This document shows positions 49,411-63,000 of a stretch of 64,000 nucleotides of DNA, piece by piece; position 1 is the stretch's first letter, and the number at the start of each line of letters is the position of its first letter. The stretch is from Vicugna vicugna. Taxonomy: Eukaryota. The stretch is taken from the NCBI GenBank assembly GCA_013265495.1, contig MU058645.1, positions 1,158,995 through 1,222,994 of the forward strand, given 5' to 3'. The notes beneath the pieces are model-generated. The model saw nothing but the letters and a program-made list of their open reading frames with translations, ran no database searches and was not told the DNA's origin. Position numbers and translations under genes: made by a program.

Positions 49411-50291
49411 GGTGGTAAATAGCAGAGAGGAAATATTCACGCATCATTCCCATTAGATCGTAGTTAATGTTTGTTTATTTTCTTTTAGTTACACTTTCTC
49501 TTGCTACATAGCAGCTAGTTTATTTCTAGGGGAGGATTTTGTGCCTGAGGGCTGGACTGCTTGGAGGAGAGAGGCACCCAGGTTTCTCAGTGGGGGGTTG
49601 AGCCCAAAAAATATTTCAAAGACTGTTCAAAGCCCAAAGAATATTCGAAATAAGACATTTCGAAGGGTGCCTCGGTCAGGCAGACCATAGGTTCATCTGT
49701 CCTGTCTAACACTGAAGCTGGAGGGAGGATGTGTCCCTTGGGGAGCTGGGGGAGAGGAGAGTGGTGCAGAGGCTGGCCAGGGTGGTCCTCAGTGAGCAAG
49801 GCCCACGGAAGTTTCAGGCAAGAGATGAGTGACTTGCCAGTTGACCAGGTCCAAAGGTAAATGAGTAGATTATAGTAAGCAGATGAATTAGGGAATCTAA
49901 GTATATTAAAGTTTTCCTATTAGTTAAGCTTCTGGTTTTTTCCAAGCAACCTTGAGTGATAAGAGGGTATTTGACAGCCACTGGAGTATCTTGGAGAATT
50001 TACACAAGAGCCCAACATCGCAGACTCCGGCACAGGTGGCGTCATTGAAGGCTGCTGTTTTCCAGAATCTGTCCTTGACGTGCTTCAAGTTTCAGATTCC
50101 CCAAGAAGCATGTGGCCCCAGTTACGTGTGAGAATAACCAGCCGTGGTGTAAACATGGTGGCTGCGAGCTGGAGAAGTTGCCCCATCTGGGGTCTGTGAC
50201 AGGTGGACAGGTTGTGGCCAAACGGTGCAGGGCCTGGGCTGCCGGGCTGGGGCGGGTGGGGCTGGGGAGCAGGAGCAAAGATGCGGGGGCA

Positions 50292-50640
50292 GCAGTGGGT
50301 CTCAGGCGTTTGTCTCAGGATCTCTTTAAATTCTTAAAAGTTACCGAATCCCAAAGGGATATGGGTGGACTACATCTATCAACATTGACCTTGTGAGAAA
50401 TTAAACCTGAAGTGGTTTTAAGACACAAGAATACACGCTCGTGAGCCATTGGTTGTCAGAGCAATATGTTGCCGCACCGCAGGCAGTGGCTGGAAGATTC
50501 AACCACCCACTCCTGAAAGTAAGAGGGAGGAAGGCCACTGACATCTTAGTGTTGTTATAAAATTAGTTCTGACCTTGGAGATGCTCTGAAAGCGCCTTGG
50601 AGTCCCGCTCAGTCCCTGTCCGCACTCGGGGACGGGCTGG
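50292..50640. mobile_element. Charlie1-type hAT non-autonomous element
   Basis: gtctcaggatctctttaaattcttaaaagttaccga...cccaaag... and catcttagtgttgttataaaattagttctgacct. Confidence 0.65.
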
Positions 50641-50659
50641 CGTTGGCCTCCAGAACATG

Positions 50660-50850
50660 GGCCCCACAGCAAGACTGCCCGTGTTTGGATCCTGCCTCTG
50701 CTGGGGCTGATTTTGCAAATTTCCTACCCACTCAGGGCCTCCGTGTCCTCTTCTGAAGATGAGGTGACCACAGCCCCTCCTCCCAGGGCTGTGGGGGAGC
50801 ATTCAGACAGCCCAGCATGGGAGCTCAGTGCTGGGACTCTGATGGGGCAC
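50660..50850 (+). mobile_element. Degenerate MIR
   Basis: gtttggatcctgcctctgc...gcctccgtgtcctcttctgaagatgaggtga...cccagggctgt. Confidence 0.55.
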
Positions 50851-51984
50851 CAGACCCCAGGTCTGAGGACTGGCCTTGGGACCCAGATGCAACCCTGGGG
50901 CTTCTGGCTCCGTGAAGGGCTCTGGTGCCAAGCTCCCCACACCGGGACGAGGCTCAGCCCTGGCTGGGTGTGCCAGGGCCTCACTGGGCTTTGTTCTCAG
51001 GAGCCAGGAAGTAACAGCCTGTGAAGATGAGATGAGATCTCAGACCTCAGCAGAGACAATTCTCGAAAATAATGTTCTCGTGGATCCCATAGCATCCATG
51101 GTAGCTGAGATATGTATTTCTCTGTGTCAGTCAATAAAATGTAAAATTGGGCCAATTTATGAATATTTCATATAGAACAAATCTGTTTTTAATGCTCAAA
51201 ATTACAAGAAGTCTGTCGATTTGCCTTCAACCCCCCAAGTCCTCCTCGGAGCATTGGCTCGGTCGGAGCCCAGCCTGGGAGGCAGTTTCCGCTATCGGCT
51301 GTGCCCGCATCCCCTCTGCCTCCCCCCAGACCCTGCTCACTCCGGGACACCGGACTCCAGCTTCCTTTCCACAAGAACCAGGCGCCCGGATGTCCATCAA
51401 GGGTTACTCGGAGGGGCATGCGGGGCGAGGCAGGGGCGGAACTGACGGAAGAAGGGGGCTGGGAGGTGACAAGTGGCTCCAGGGCCCCGCGCTCAGGCTC
51501 GTGACTGCCCTTGACACCTGCCCGGTGCTGTGACCACGTGATTCTCACCTGAAGCATGACTGCGGTAAAATGTGGATGAAAGGGGGTCCGGAGGCCCTCC
51601 CACCATTATGAGGCCACGTTCCCAAACCACACGGGGACGCGCTGCCTGAGGTCCCAGTGACACCTCCCAGGCTTGCGCTCCCCGGCCCCTCCTCTCGGGA
51701 CCCCGCGGTGCCCACTCCCACACACGCTCCCCGGCTTCCTCCCTTCACTGGCGCAGCTTTCAGTTTGGGCCCATTCTTCTTCTTCCTGGTCAATTATTTA
51801 TCGGGCAGAAGCGGCGCCTTCAACCTGGAGATGCCCACGGAGCAGCCCTGGGTCTCATGTCTCTGCCTCCCCGGCAGTTGTTTGCTCAGCTGAGTTCTAT
51901 TTCCAGTGTTCACCGTATGAGCCAGCTCAGAGCCGGGGCTCCCATTCACAGTCAAGAGTGTAGGGTCGACAGTGTTGCGGACAC

Positions 51985-52130
51985 CATCTCTCCTTAGTTT
52001 ACAGATGAGGAAACAGATTGGAGAAGTTAAGGATTTACTCAAGACTCTGTGGATAACGAGGCATTTCCAGGCCCCGTGACCACATGCCTGGACCTGGGGA
52101 CAAAGGTCCTTGGCTCCACAACTCTCTCTC
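51985..52130 (-). mobile_element. MIR SINE
   Basis: tttacagatgaggaaacagattggagaagttaaggatttactcaaga. Confidence 0.75.
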
Positions 52131-53589
52131 TGTGCCTTTTATCCAACTGTGGCCCATCAGGCAGGTAGAAAACATCCATCTCTAGTTTTGTGAAATGTTC
52201 TGCGACTCCAGAGAGGAAGGGCCTCACCTAAATGAACAGGTACGCAAGTACGTTTGGAAAAACACTCATGGTATTTGTGCTCCAGCAGCGCACTCTGGCT
52301 TCTCTCTGCTGTGCTCCTAGGTCTGGTTCCTGGTAAAACCCTCTGGAGGGCTCTCTGCAGTTGAAGGAGTCAGCTGATAAGGGATTCAGGAGATTTGTGT
52401 AACAATGAGGGACTCTTGGAGGCCAAAGGAATGAAGTTATGAAAGTGGAAGATTAAACTCACTGCTGCTAAATTCCAGGGGCCTCCCCAAGCCCGGGACT
52501 GCGCCGCTGGGTGTGCAGGTCCCCGGGCCTCAGCTGGCTTCCCAGGTCCCACTGTCCTGTGAGCACCCGGGGGAAAGGCGCGCCCTCCAGCCAAGAGGCT
52601 GGAATGGGAGCGTTAGGAGCCTGCAGGCACCTCTCCCAGGTGGCTCTTAGCCCCCTTGGCAGGGCGGACACGTGCTTTCTCCAGGTCACACAGCTAAGGA
52701 GCGGCAGACCCTTCAGAGCTCCGGGGATCTCAGGCCTGCGTTCCTGCTCCTAGTGTGCCCTGCTGCTCTGATCTCACTGCTGCTGGCGGACAGCTCAAAA
52801 CTAGCCGTGATGGCGGACCTCAGCGGCATCAGATGGTGAATCGGTCCTTTGGGGAGGTGGCTTTGTCAGCTCTGCATCACTCTGGTGCAGCCCCGTGTGG
52901 GGGCACTCAGACCCGCACGTCTGCTCGTGTCACTCCCTTGCTCCAAATTCTCCAGGGCCAGCCACCTGTCCAGGTGTCTCATCCGGGATTGCACCTCAGT
53001 GCTGGTCTTCCCCAAGTCCTGCTTTTAACCCTGAAAAGGAAAAAGCTTGTATCAGAAATTTTCATTTTAATTGTGAAAAGAAGCCACATTTCCTCGACTC
53101 CGTAGGACAATACAGGAACTCTGGCTCTTTGGGGCTAATACGGTGGACTGAGTTTAGTTCCCTCTAACACCGCGGCTATTGTTGGGGAAGTTTCAGGAGC
53201 ACAACAGGCCTTTGCTCATGATGGCCTGCACCTGCAAGGTCCTTCATGGCTTGACCCCTCCCTGCACATCCAGCCTTCTCTCCCTCGACCCTAAGGGCAA
53301 GCGGCGGCACTGAGTCACCCAGGACACCCCAGACATGCTGTGTGCTCGAACCCGCAGTGCTCGTTCACGTGGTGCCCTCGGCTCAGGGTGTCTCCCAGGC
53401 ACTCTTGCTGTTTGGAGCTAGATGTGCCTTTGTCGTGGGGGGCTGTCCCATGCATGGCAGCAGCATCCCCAGCTGGCCTCTGCGCACTGGAGGACCCGAG
53501 GGGCAGATCTAGACGTCCTCTCTGCTGATCACCGAGCCTTATGGATTGGCAGCCCCATTTGGTGCTGATGCTGATCCCATGGCTGTGTA

Positions 53590-53730
53590 ATTGCACGTCT
53601 GTCTCTCCCCAGCCCCCACGACAACTGTGAACTCCTAGAGGTCAAGGGTTGTGACTCCAAAACGATATTCTTAAATCCTCCACACTGAGCACAGTAACTG
53701 TTCCACAGGACTTAAGAAATGCTGAATGAA
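53590..53730 (+). mobile_element. L2 3' end
   Basis: gtctgtctctcccc...actgtgaactcctagaggtcaagg...gcacagtaactg...gaaatgctgaatgaa. Confidence 0.6.
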
Positions 53731-53959
53731 GGGCGGGTCTGCCAGTCCAGGCTTGTGCTTTCTGGTGACAACTCCTCAAGGCAAGTCACAATCATTCTCT
53801 CATCTGAGACCACGGTACAGCTCAGGCACTGACATAATCCCAGCCTCACTAGATCCCCGATGCCTGCTTGAGAAAGAACTCTGCCAAAGGAATAACCCAG
53901 ATTTTATCACTAGTCCTAATAACAGTAGAGTCATGACAGCGTCTGCTGCCCCATGAGTG

Positions 53960-54140
53960 TCTTCTCTGTGTTCTGCCGGGTGTTTTCACTGTAGTTGCTA
54001 ATCCTGGTAAAATTTCTGTGAGGTATGTCTTATTGTTCCCACTTTGCAGATGGGAAAACTGAGGCTCTGAGAATTTAATTCACAAATTCAGCATCCTGGC
54101 AGCTTGGGGATTAGATCCAAGGCAGTTTGACTCCAAACCC
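53960..54140 (-). mobile_element. MIR SINE
   Basis: ttcccactttgcagatgggaaaactgaggctctgaga...gggattagatccaaggcagtttgactccaaa. Confidence 0.8.
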
Positions 54141-57100
54141 CAATCACTGCCCTGTCTTTGGCTTCCAAAATTTTATTCTTAAGGCTGATTCTCAAAAAGT
54201 GGTTGTTTAAAAATCTAAATGGTCTCAGTGTGTCAGATGAACAGGTTACCCACACCCTGCTACAATCTGTGTCACTTCTCATCACTGCGACGAACATCAA
54301 ATTCTAACAAAATATGGGAAAAATCATTTTGATGCTGCATTTGCATATCCAAGATTTGGAGGATGGTTTGTATAATCAAATTAGGTAGAGTTGTAAAAAG
54401 GGAGCATCATTTAAACAGCTTACAAAATTACTTTGAAGATGTGCGTGAAAATCTAAAGAATCCATCGCCTCCGAGATCTTTACCAAAAGTTAAATGCTAA
54501 TTGATCATGACAGCCTTGTCTTTATCACTGGCACCAGTCTCCGATTCTACATCATCAATATCACAGCTCAAATATCACTCTCTCCTCTACCCCTCTTCCA
54601 GCCTCATTCATCCCAAGCCCGAATAACAGGTGGACTTTATGCACAGCCGATTTCCCCCCTCTCCCCATAGTTGATCAAAAGGAGCAGCCTGAAACAACCC
54701 TGGAATTTGCTGAAGTTCTGATTTCTTTCAGCAGTTTTATAGATTTTATAACTTATCTTTTATTGACTATGCAAAGTTTCTGGTTCCCAGCATCTGTTGG
54801 TTGCATCTGGGGAGAAAGATAAATGCCCTTTTGTTTTATGCCACTGAACCAAATATAAGAGACAGATGAACAAGCAGGTCTTAATGGAAGGGGACAGCAG
54901 CACGGCCCCTCTGCCTCTTCCTGGCTGTCCTCTTCCCCGGTCCCCGTGCCACAGGACGGGAGGAGGGGGCAGTCGCTCCCAGCCTGCCAGGTTTGCCAGC
55001 TTCGGGATGGAGGTGCCGAAGACCCGGTAATCAGGCTAAGAGCAGACGTCCCCCGAGACAGGAGACATGAGCACAGGCTTTGGGGAGGCTGCTCAGTGTA
55101 AACAGAACTTCATTTACAATTTCTCAGACTTAAGGAATTGTGCCTGGTCACCCAGAGACATGATTATACATCATGGAACTTCATTATAATAATGGCTCCT
55201 GTGCTCCAACTTCTTTAAAAACCTCAGCTGTTCGATGCAGCCTCTTCAGCTCCATAACTGTTTATAAGATTAATAGACTCCGATGTGTAATCGACTCTCC
55301 CCTGGAGAAGAAAAGAGAGAGTGTCTAACCCTACCCTCACAGGAGTCGCATCCAGTAATGAGGTGGTGTCTGTACCCACGGGCGGCCGAGGGGGTGACGT
55401 CGCCCTGGGGAGGGGGCCTGGGAGAGTCCCCGCTGCTCCCCTTTCACAGAGGCTTGACTGGACCCGGTGAGGAACAGGCTTGGTCGCAGAGCCTGTGGGA
55501 CGGACCGGCTCTGCAGCAGGGAGCACGGCCTGGGCGGGGACGCGGCCACAGGACAGAGGAAGGAAAGGGACGTGGATCTGCAGGGATGGCAGCCAGGGCG
55601 GAGCCGGGAAAGAGAACGATGCCCGCAGCTCCTCCCTCCGGGACCTGCAGAGGGACCTCTCCTGCGGGAGCCGGACACTGGAATTCCGCTTTCAAGGCAA
55701 ACCCGAGCTGGTAAGGATGGCAGGCCATGCCTCCCTAAGTCTCAGAGCTGTCACCAGCGTGGGCCCTAGAGAGTCAGGAAACGCTTCTTGGAGTCAAAGT
55801 TCAAAGGAAATGGAGGCCCTGGGTGAGCGGACCAGGGAGGAAGCCACGTGACACAGGAGGCCCCGACGCTGACTCGCCGGCGTGGAAGGAGATGCCCCTG
55901 GACCAGGCGGCCTGGGAGCGGCCGGGGTGGGGTCACTGCCCCAGGTCACACCCTCTGAGGCCTGGACTCCCTCTGATGCAGCCCCCGAGGCACTGGTGGC
56001 CATTGGAATAGAAGAGTCAGCCACTCAGTGGTGACGGATAAAGGAAGGAAGTCTCAGTAAAAGTGGAAGCAGGAAGTGGAATTAGCGTTGCTGGCCTCTC
56101 TTTCCACCTCTCTTCTCTCCCTGACTCAGCCTCCTTTCCTGCCTGCTTTAATGTCCCAGAAAGAGACCAGGCCCCTCGCAGTCTCACTGAAACAAAACCA
56201 AATCAAGCAAAACAAGCCCAGCCGAGAGCACGATGAGAGGGGACTGAACTGGAGAGAGGCCTTGCTTCCTGCTCTTGGATAGCGAGGGAGGCTCCCACTG
56301 GTAGAGGACCTCACTCTGCTCAGCGCTTTGAGCATTCATTTATGGACTGTGTGCTCCCCTCTCTGCCTTAAATCGCCGCCTTTTAGCTGGACATCCACAG
56401 TGTCCGCTTCTTCCTCGGCTCCTGGAAAACCCAAAGCGGACTGTGAAGATCAGTCTTATCTCTGCCTCTGTTGTCCTCTGAACTGACCACCAGACGACTG
56501 CCGGGTGAAGAAGGAAGGCCCAGACTAACAAGGCCATAACTCACACATATGCTTGTAAGCTTCATCGTTCTTTAGACGTGAACCTGCTGTTCGGTTCATC
56601 TCCTGTTCATCTCGGGGAGACCTTTTACCTCTAGGACTTAAAGGGCAGCATACTCAGTTAGACCCTTTGTGTGAACACCTCCCTCCCACCCTTTGCCATG
56701 TAAACTGTCCATTTCCTCCTTCCTATCAAAAAGAAGCAGGGCCTGACAACCGAGAAGGCCCAGGATCAGTTTATTGACTTCTAAGAACTATTATTAATCT
56801 TTCGCAGAGAAGAAAAAAAAAAAAACCAAAAAACCAAACCCTTGGAGTAGCTAGGGCCTGCTGGGTAAGAATTTGACGTGGCAGTGAGATAAAAGCTCAC
56901 TCCAGCTGCTGTCGACCTCACCGGATCGGAATGCCATCTACTTAGCACAGGAGTCAAACCGTTCCCTGGCAGTAGATTGCGTTCCACTTATAGGGATACT
57001 AGATAAATAGGAAAGTAATTAACAGTGTGGGGTGGCAGATGTATCAGTGGAATTTCATTACAGCAGAAGAACTGAAGGAACCAAGAAATCACTTTGTGAC

Positions 57101-59444
57101 CCACCGTCCAGTGGAGAGTTCCTGCTGCCTTTCTCTGGGATGGACATGTTATTTCTGCTTCTCTTCAGGAGAAAACAATTTCTAGATTTCCTGTTATAGC
57201 CTCACTTTAATCAACGAGAAAAGGAAAAAAGAGAAGAAAAATCTTAAGTGCCTGAAATTAGTCCCTAAATAAAGAATTCTTCTCATGTTTTCCATTTAAT
57301 TATTTTGGAAACTCATGGATGATTATATCTCTTTTGTTGTATTTTTACTTTTCTTGCTTTCTTTTTTTTTTCCTCAGTTATTAAATATCTGAATTTTGAA
57401 ATGTAACTGAATGTCCCATTCTTCTTCTTCTTCCCTCCCTTTGGAAAATAAGCGGCATTATGTTATTCAGAACAGCAGGAAGAAATGAAATTTCACAGGA
57501 AGCAAATTTATGCTCAGTTGGAAAAAGAAAAGACGTTGAAGGCATTTACTTTTGACTGGCTTTTAAAAAACATATTTGAGAGTACTAAATTCAATTTCAC
57601 ATGTCCAGAATGGTGTAACCTAATTTTAGTATATTAATTAACAATAAAAGTAGTGTTTTGCCTCATACAAAGAAATAAAATAATTAACTTACTGAGGAAA
57701 TGGGGGTCATATGATTTTACTTTCAGAAGGTAATAAATGACACTGAGCAATGGTAACAAGGTTTTGCAAAGCAACTCTGAATGCAGAGCCTCTTCGGAAT
57801 TCTTTGCTGAATACCTCATGGCCAACTTGTTTCCTCCATCTCCAGATATTACCTGTCTCGACCCAGACTGACCCCCACATACACTTCAGTGAGGTTGGCC
57901 AGTGTTCACAAAGAATGCTGAGCTGGGGGAGGCGAACTTTTGAGGACTTTCAAGGACGAGTTGAGTGTCTAAATGCTCCCTGAGTCAGTAAACATGAAAG
58001 TGCTTTCTACTTGTGGAAGAAATTCCAACATTTTTGTGTTATAGATATTTGGACCTTTGAACTTCGACTAAGTTGTCAGATTTTACTAGCTTCATTCCCC
58101 AGGGGGAAAAGCCTAGTCTTTCAAGTGGTTATTACAGAGCTAAGTGCATAAATATGTATGAGAGGCCTTTATTACCACAAGATGATACTTAAAATGTTCA
58201 AGTGTCTCTTAGTAAGATTTTTCAGCTTGTTCGGCGACAATAAATCAAAATCTCCAGTTTTTGGTTGCTGAGCTTTGCCTTTGATTGTCCCTTCAGAGTT
58301 GGGGAAAATGCTTTCAGAGCCCTAAGTGGCACTCCTTTGTCCAATCACTGATTCGTATGACAGACATTTAAGGAGATACCTAATTGCCGAGGTCCGTGGT
58401 TTTTGCCGAAGGCCATGTTTGGAGCGTTGCAGTCAGTCCTCTGAAGGACGAGTCCTGCGATTCCTAGATTTGAGAGCTGGGACTGAGGCAGAGAGAAGCT
58501 AGTGACTTGTCCCCAGGATGCCGCCCTCAGGAGGTCCAGACTGGAAACAGGCGCTGACTCCTGGCCAGGCCTCTAGCCAGTGAGTCTGGAAGGCTTGAAT
58601 GATCCTGGGAAGCCATGAGCATGAAGAGCTGCGTTTTGACCCATTTCCAACTTCCAGAACTTGATATTCCAATGGAGGACTCTTCTACAGAATCATCAGA
58701 ACCTTAATGGCTCATAAACATGGCATTTCCTTTCAGTGCTGACTTCAGCTCTACCCTCCGCTTGGACAAGATAAAATACCCATCTTTGGGATTAATCGTC
58801 CACGCGGCCCTGTTCTCCACGGGGAAAGGCTCAAAGGCAGTGGAAACCCAAATGGAGCTGGGGGGAGAGAGGAAACGGCTCCCTGCAGGAGCCTGGTCTT
58901 TTCTCCCTCCATGGGTGGGGATTCTACTCAAGTAGTCCACGGGGTCTGAAGACTTCATCCCTAATTAACGAGGAAAAAGCAATTTACAGTTTGCAAAAAC
59001 AATCCCTTCTTGAATTGTTGCTCCTAAGCTCCCAATCTCTGCTGACAGGCCAAACCTTTGGGCAGGGAGCAGGTAGCATCCAGGTGACAAGGCACACCCT
59101 CCGCCTCGTACGGATTGGAAGCGTGAGAGAAGCACCTAGGGGACTCTGCGCTGGGCCTTCCCTGAATCCTGAGGTCCGTCTCGCTTAAGGACTCTGTGGT
59201 GAAAGACAGGTTTGTGGAGGGCAGAGGCGAGCTCTTTAAACATCCGCCCTGTGAAGCGTTCCCTTTGCGTTCTCCGGAAGGCTTTCCAAGGCTGGCTCTC
59301 CCACACTATCGCCTGTTGTTACTCAAACTGACACATTTTAAAATTGATTTCTGTTCTCCTCCATCATTTGGCCAATTCCTTGGCCTTGGAGATTATCAGG
59401 AAGAGTGTGTACCCTGAGCATCTATGCTCCTCCACTTTGGAGTG

Positions 59445-59595
59445 GTGGGAACTCGGGCAAGTGACCACACTTCTGTGAGGCTCAGTTTCCTTGTCTGCAA
59501 ACGGGAGGTTGTCCTCCTTCCCACACTGCTCCCAGGCGATCCGAGTGAGAGGTGCTCACACACAGCTTCGGGTCCTAGAAAGTGTTCAATCAAGA
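59445..59595 (+). mobile_element. MIR SINE
   Basis: gggcaagtgaccacacttctgtgaggctcagtttccttgtctgcaaacggg. Confidence 0.7.
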
Positions 59596-59943
59596 CCCAC
59601 CAACCTTCCAAACTTCTTCGCCAGCTGTGTTTGAACTCACCATGGTCATCCCCAAATGCCCGATGATCACTGATCTCATTTTGTGTATCCCTTTATTGCT
59701 TTATTACATTAACAGTTCATTGTGTGGTTTTGTTACTTTAACATTTATTAAAGCTGCCAGATTTTATCATCTGTTTTTTTCTTTGTATTGTTTTATTGTG
59801 GTTTGAGTTTCAAAAAGGACGTGTCTTTCTTTTTCAACCCCCTGATCAATTCTGTGTTTTATTCACCTTAGAAGTTCAAGAAGCTTGCTGACAGATTAAC
59901 AGAATGATCAAAACATCCCAAACCCAAGGTTTCTCTCTCTCTC

Positions 59944-60074
59944 TTTTTTTTTTTTGGTGGGGTGGGGGGTGTTCATTAGGTTTGTTTATTTATTTTTAGA
60001 GGAGGTACTGAGGATTGAACCCAGGACCTCATACCTTCTAAGCATGTGCTCTACCACTGAGCTATACCCTCCCT
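59944..60074 (-). mobile_element. tRNA-derived SINE, camelid vic-1 type (with tail)
   Basis: Reverse strand reads agggagggtatagctcagtggtagagcacatgcttag...gaggtcctgggttcaatcctcagtacctcc...aaataaataaacaaacctaat...cccc plus poly(A); same family as 13102-13188. Confidence 0.88.
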
Positions 60075-63000
60075 CCTTCTCTTTTAATTGAAATTACTTA
60101 CACTGTCTTCCCCAAACCCCAGAACTACAGGGTCAGGTGACACCTCCGGGGTCTGGGAGGGCCACAGGGATGCTCAACACTAGAGAAAAATGTTGACTGG
60201 TGGAATCACAGAAAGGACCCATGAAATAGCCCTGCCCAGCTCCTGGGCACCCTCCTGTGAGGACGGATGTCACCACGTGGATTTGGGATTTCCCAGGATG
60301 GTTTTCTGGGCCGCCCCTCATCCCTTAGGGAAATAACTTCACTGTTCCCTGGTAACCCTGGCACTTTCTGCTTGTGATTCTACCTACATTTACTTTTATC
60401 GAAAATTTTTTGCTCAGAATCTTGGTTTAGGTGCTGATATGTGTGCAAACGACTTGCAAATACCTACATATGTAAATATCCATAAGCAGATTGGGTTAGT
60501 CTCACCCTGGACGTGTGTTTATTGTTCCTCATTTTGCAAACTAAACATCTCCTTATCAGCCCAACCCTCCATTCGACCGTTAATTTTGAGTTATTCATTC
60601 AACTAGGGTTGCTGAACTCCTCCGAGGCGCCAGGCTCTGGGCTCAGCGCCGGCCTCTGAGCTCATGTGCTGATTCCCAGCTTCCCTTCTTCCTTTTCATC
60701 CCTCAGGAGTCCTTCCCGTCTCTGAGCTCTGAGGTGCCCACACAGAATATAATATCCATGACAGGATGTCTTTCCATGCACAAACCAAAATAGCGCTGGC
60801 CTTTGTGTGGCCGTGTTCCTTTCTAAACTCGTCCTGACGTGACGTCGCTTCCCTCTTGCACATTTTGGGCACTTTACGGCGCACGTCGTGAGGTGCTGTT
60901 ACAGATCTAAGCCTTTTTTTTTTTTTTTTTGGCTTCTTTAGTTGTCAGCTTTGAATCCATTCACATTTTTTCTCCTCACCACTATTTGAATTGCATCCCT
61001 AGTGAGAAGTTGAGAAGTCGGATGCTTGTTTTTCAATCCATTTTCCTCCTGCTAACAAAGATGCTAAAGAAACTACACCCAGGCTTGGAAAAGAGGCTCA
61101 ATTACATTCTAAGAAAGTAGCAATTTATACAGACTCGTTTTAAATAACAGAATCTCTTTTGTAAAAAACTGAGAGTTGGATGAGACCTGAGAAGTCTCCT
61201 CCTCTGATCCGAAGCTCCCCTGGGGCGTGTGCTCTGAGTCAGGATCAGAATCCCGGCCTCCTGACTCCAGTCCATCTGTGGGTCCTTTTTAAATCCTGTC
61301 TTTTTTTAATCAAAAATACACATGTAAAAGAAAGAACAAAAGCCAGTCTCATGTCCACACCACGCAAACACGTTTCCAGGGTCCTGTGGGACCCGAATGG
61401 GCTATTTATCCCTGGAACCCTGAACCTCCGACCAGCGTCCCTTAACTCCTTGGGGGCCCATCAGCTCACTGGGTTCAGGCGCCCGCCAAGCCCGGCAGCG
61501 CCCGGGTCTCTCCCAGCATCTGTCAATCTCGCGATCACCGCGTCTGCAGTCGTGGCCATTGGCAGCCATGCCTACTAATAGTGCCTGACTGACTCCGAAT
61601 CTCTCTCTTGATGGGGATTATGTTTTATTTTTGGACAACTCTAATTGTTAGAAAGTTTTCCTTCTCATCAAATAACCTCTGCCTTCTTCCTGCTGTCCTC
61701 CCTGGGTCCAGGTTTGCTCTGTGACCTTCAAGCAGACTGAACCAAAGATGGGGTTTGGCTCTGGGAGTCTTGCCCATCCCTCTTCCTCCTGCTCCTTGAT
61801 CTGGGATGTCCTGGTCCCCTGACCTCCCTTATTTTGGTTCCTCATCCTATTTTTGCTTTTCAGCAAAACTTTGTCATTAACAGCCCAGTTGGACTGCCCT
61901 TCCAGCTTTTTCTTGAAGGACATGACCTCTAGAGTGGACCCCCAGCCTCCTGGGTGTTCAGCGTACCAAGTTTTCTGCCCCCCCACGTCAGGAGCTTGTG
62001 GAGTAAATCATCGCCCCCACCCTTGTTGGGCCCCATCAGTTTGGGACTGAGCCTCAGACTCCAAGGTCTTCGCTCTGTCCTCTGGAGTGGCACAGGGTAC
62101 ATCTAATCCCTGCTAGTATTTTAGGAGCATGACCCGATCCCTCTTGCATGGCCCCGCTCCCTCTCCTGTGCACTCTTTACAGGGTGGATAGAAACGCTTG
62201 CTGTGTCTGCCCCGCACCGGGCCCAGCGGCGTTTGCCTGCCTTGGATGAAATAGTCTGTTTCATCACGGCTGGCTCTTGCCGCTGGTTTTGTCTAGCAGC
62301 ATGGTCACAGCCCGAGCTCGTGGTCAGCCGAGTGCGTCCACCCCTTCCCCGTCCCACACGAATTGCCACTAAGCCTGCTCCCTGTTATTCTCTACTGAGG
62401 CCACTTACTTATTGTCAAACTCTTGCGCATCCTGTTAATTCATGTTTTACTTGGAGTCCTTATCCTAGCTGACTGATGTCTTTTTGAATTCCAGTTCTTT
62501 CCTGTGCCTTTACATTTCCAAGCTTTCATTGTGCACAAGTTTAATATGTGAATATTTTGTGCTTCAAAAGCATAGATGAAAGTTTTCAGTAGGGGATCAC
62601 AATTCTGAAAGTTTTCCATGAGCAATGATATCGAGCAAATAAGGAGTGTATAGTGGATAGTGGGAGCCGTGTTTCCCCTGTCGGAGAGGGAGGTTACAGA
62701 TACTCATGGGGAGGGGCTGGATTAGAGTCCGGGACATCAGTGTGACCATCTAAGATACAGATGGAGCATCACCCAAGTCTTCTGCCTCTTCCCGAATTCA
62801 CCCATCACTGCGATTCAGTCACTCTTCCCTCTGGCTTCCTTCGTGCTGTGTTCTCCTGGGCGTGACTGTCCCCCTCCTGGACACCAACCACATTCCTCCC
62901 ACACCTCCTCACATGCCTTTAAGAAGCTTTGGAACCAAATTCCCTTCAGGGGATTCAGGACTCCAAGACACTCCAGCTATTTCAGCAACTCCTTGACATT

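Noticed and set aside
50600..56100. GC-rich segments as a second CpG-island promoter
   Set aside because: CpG density is far below the QKI island, with interspersed MIR/L2 and no associated exon. Better explained as a regional GC increase.
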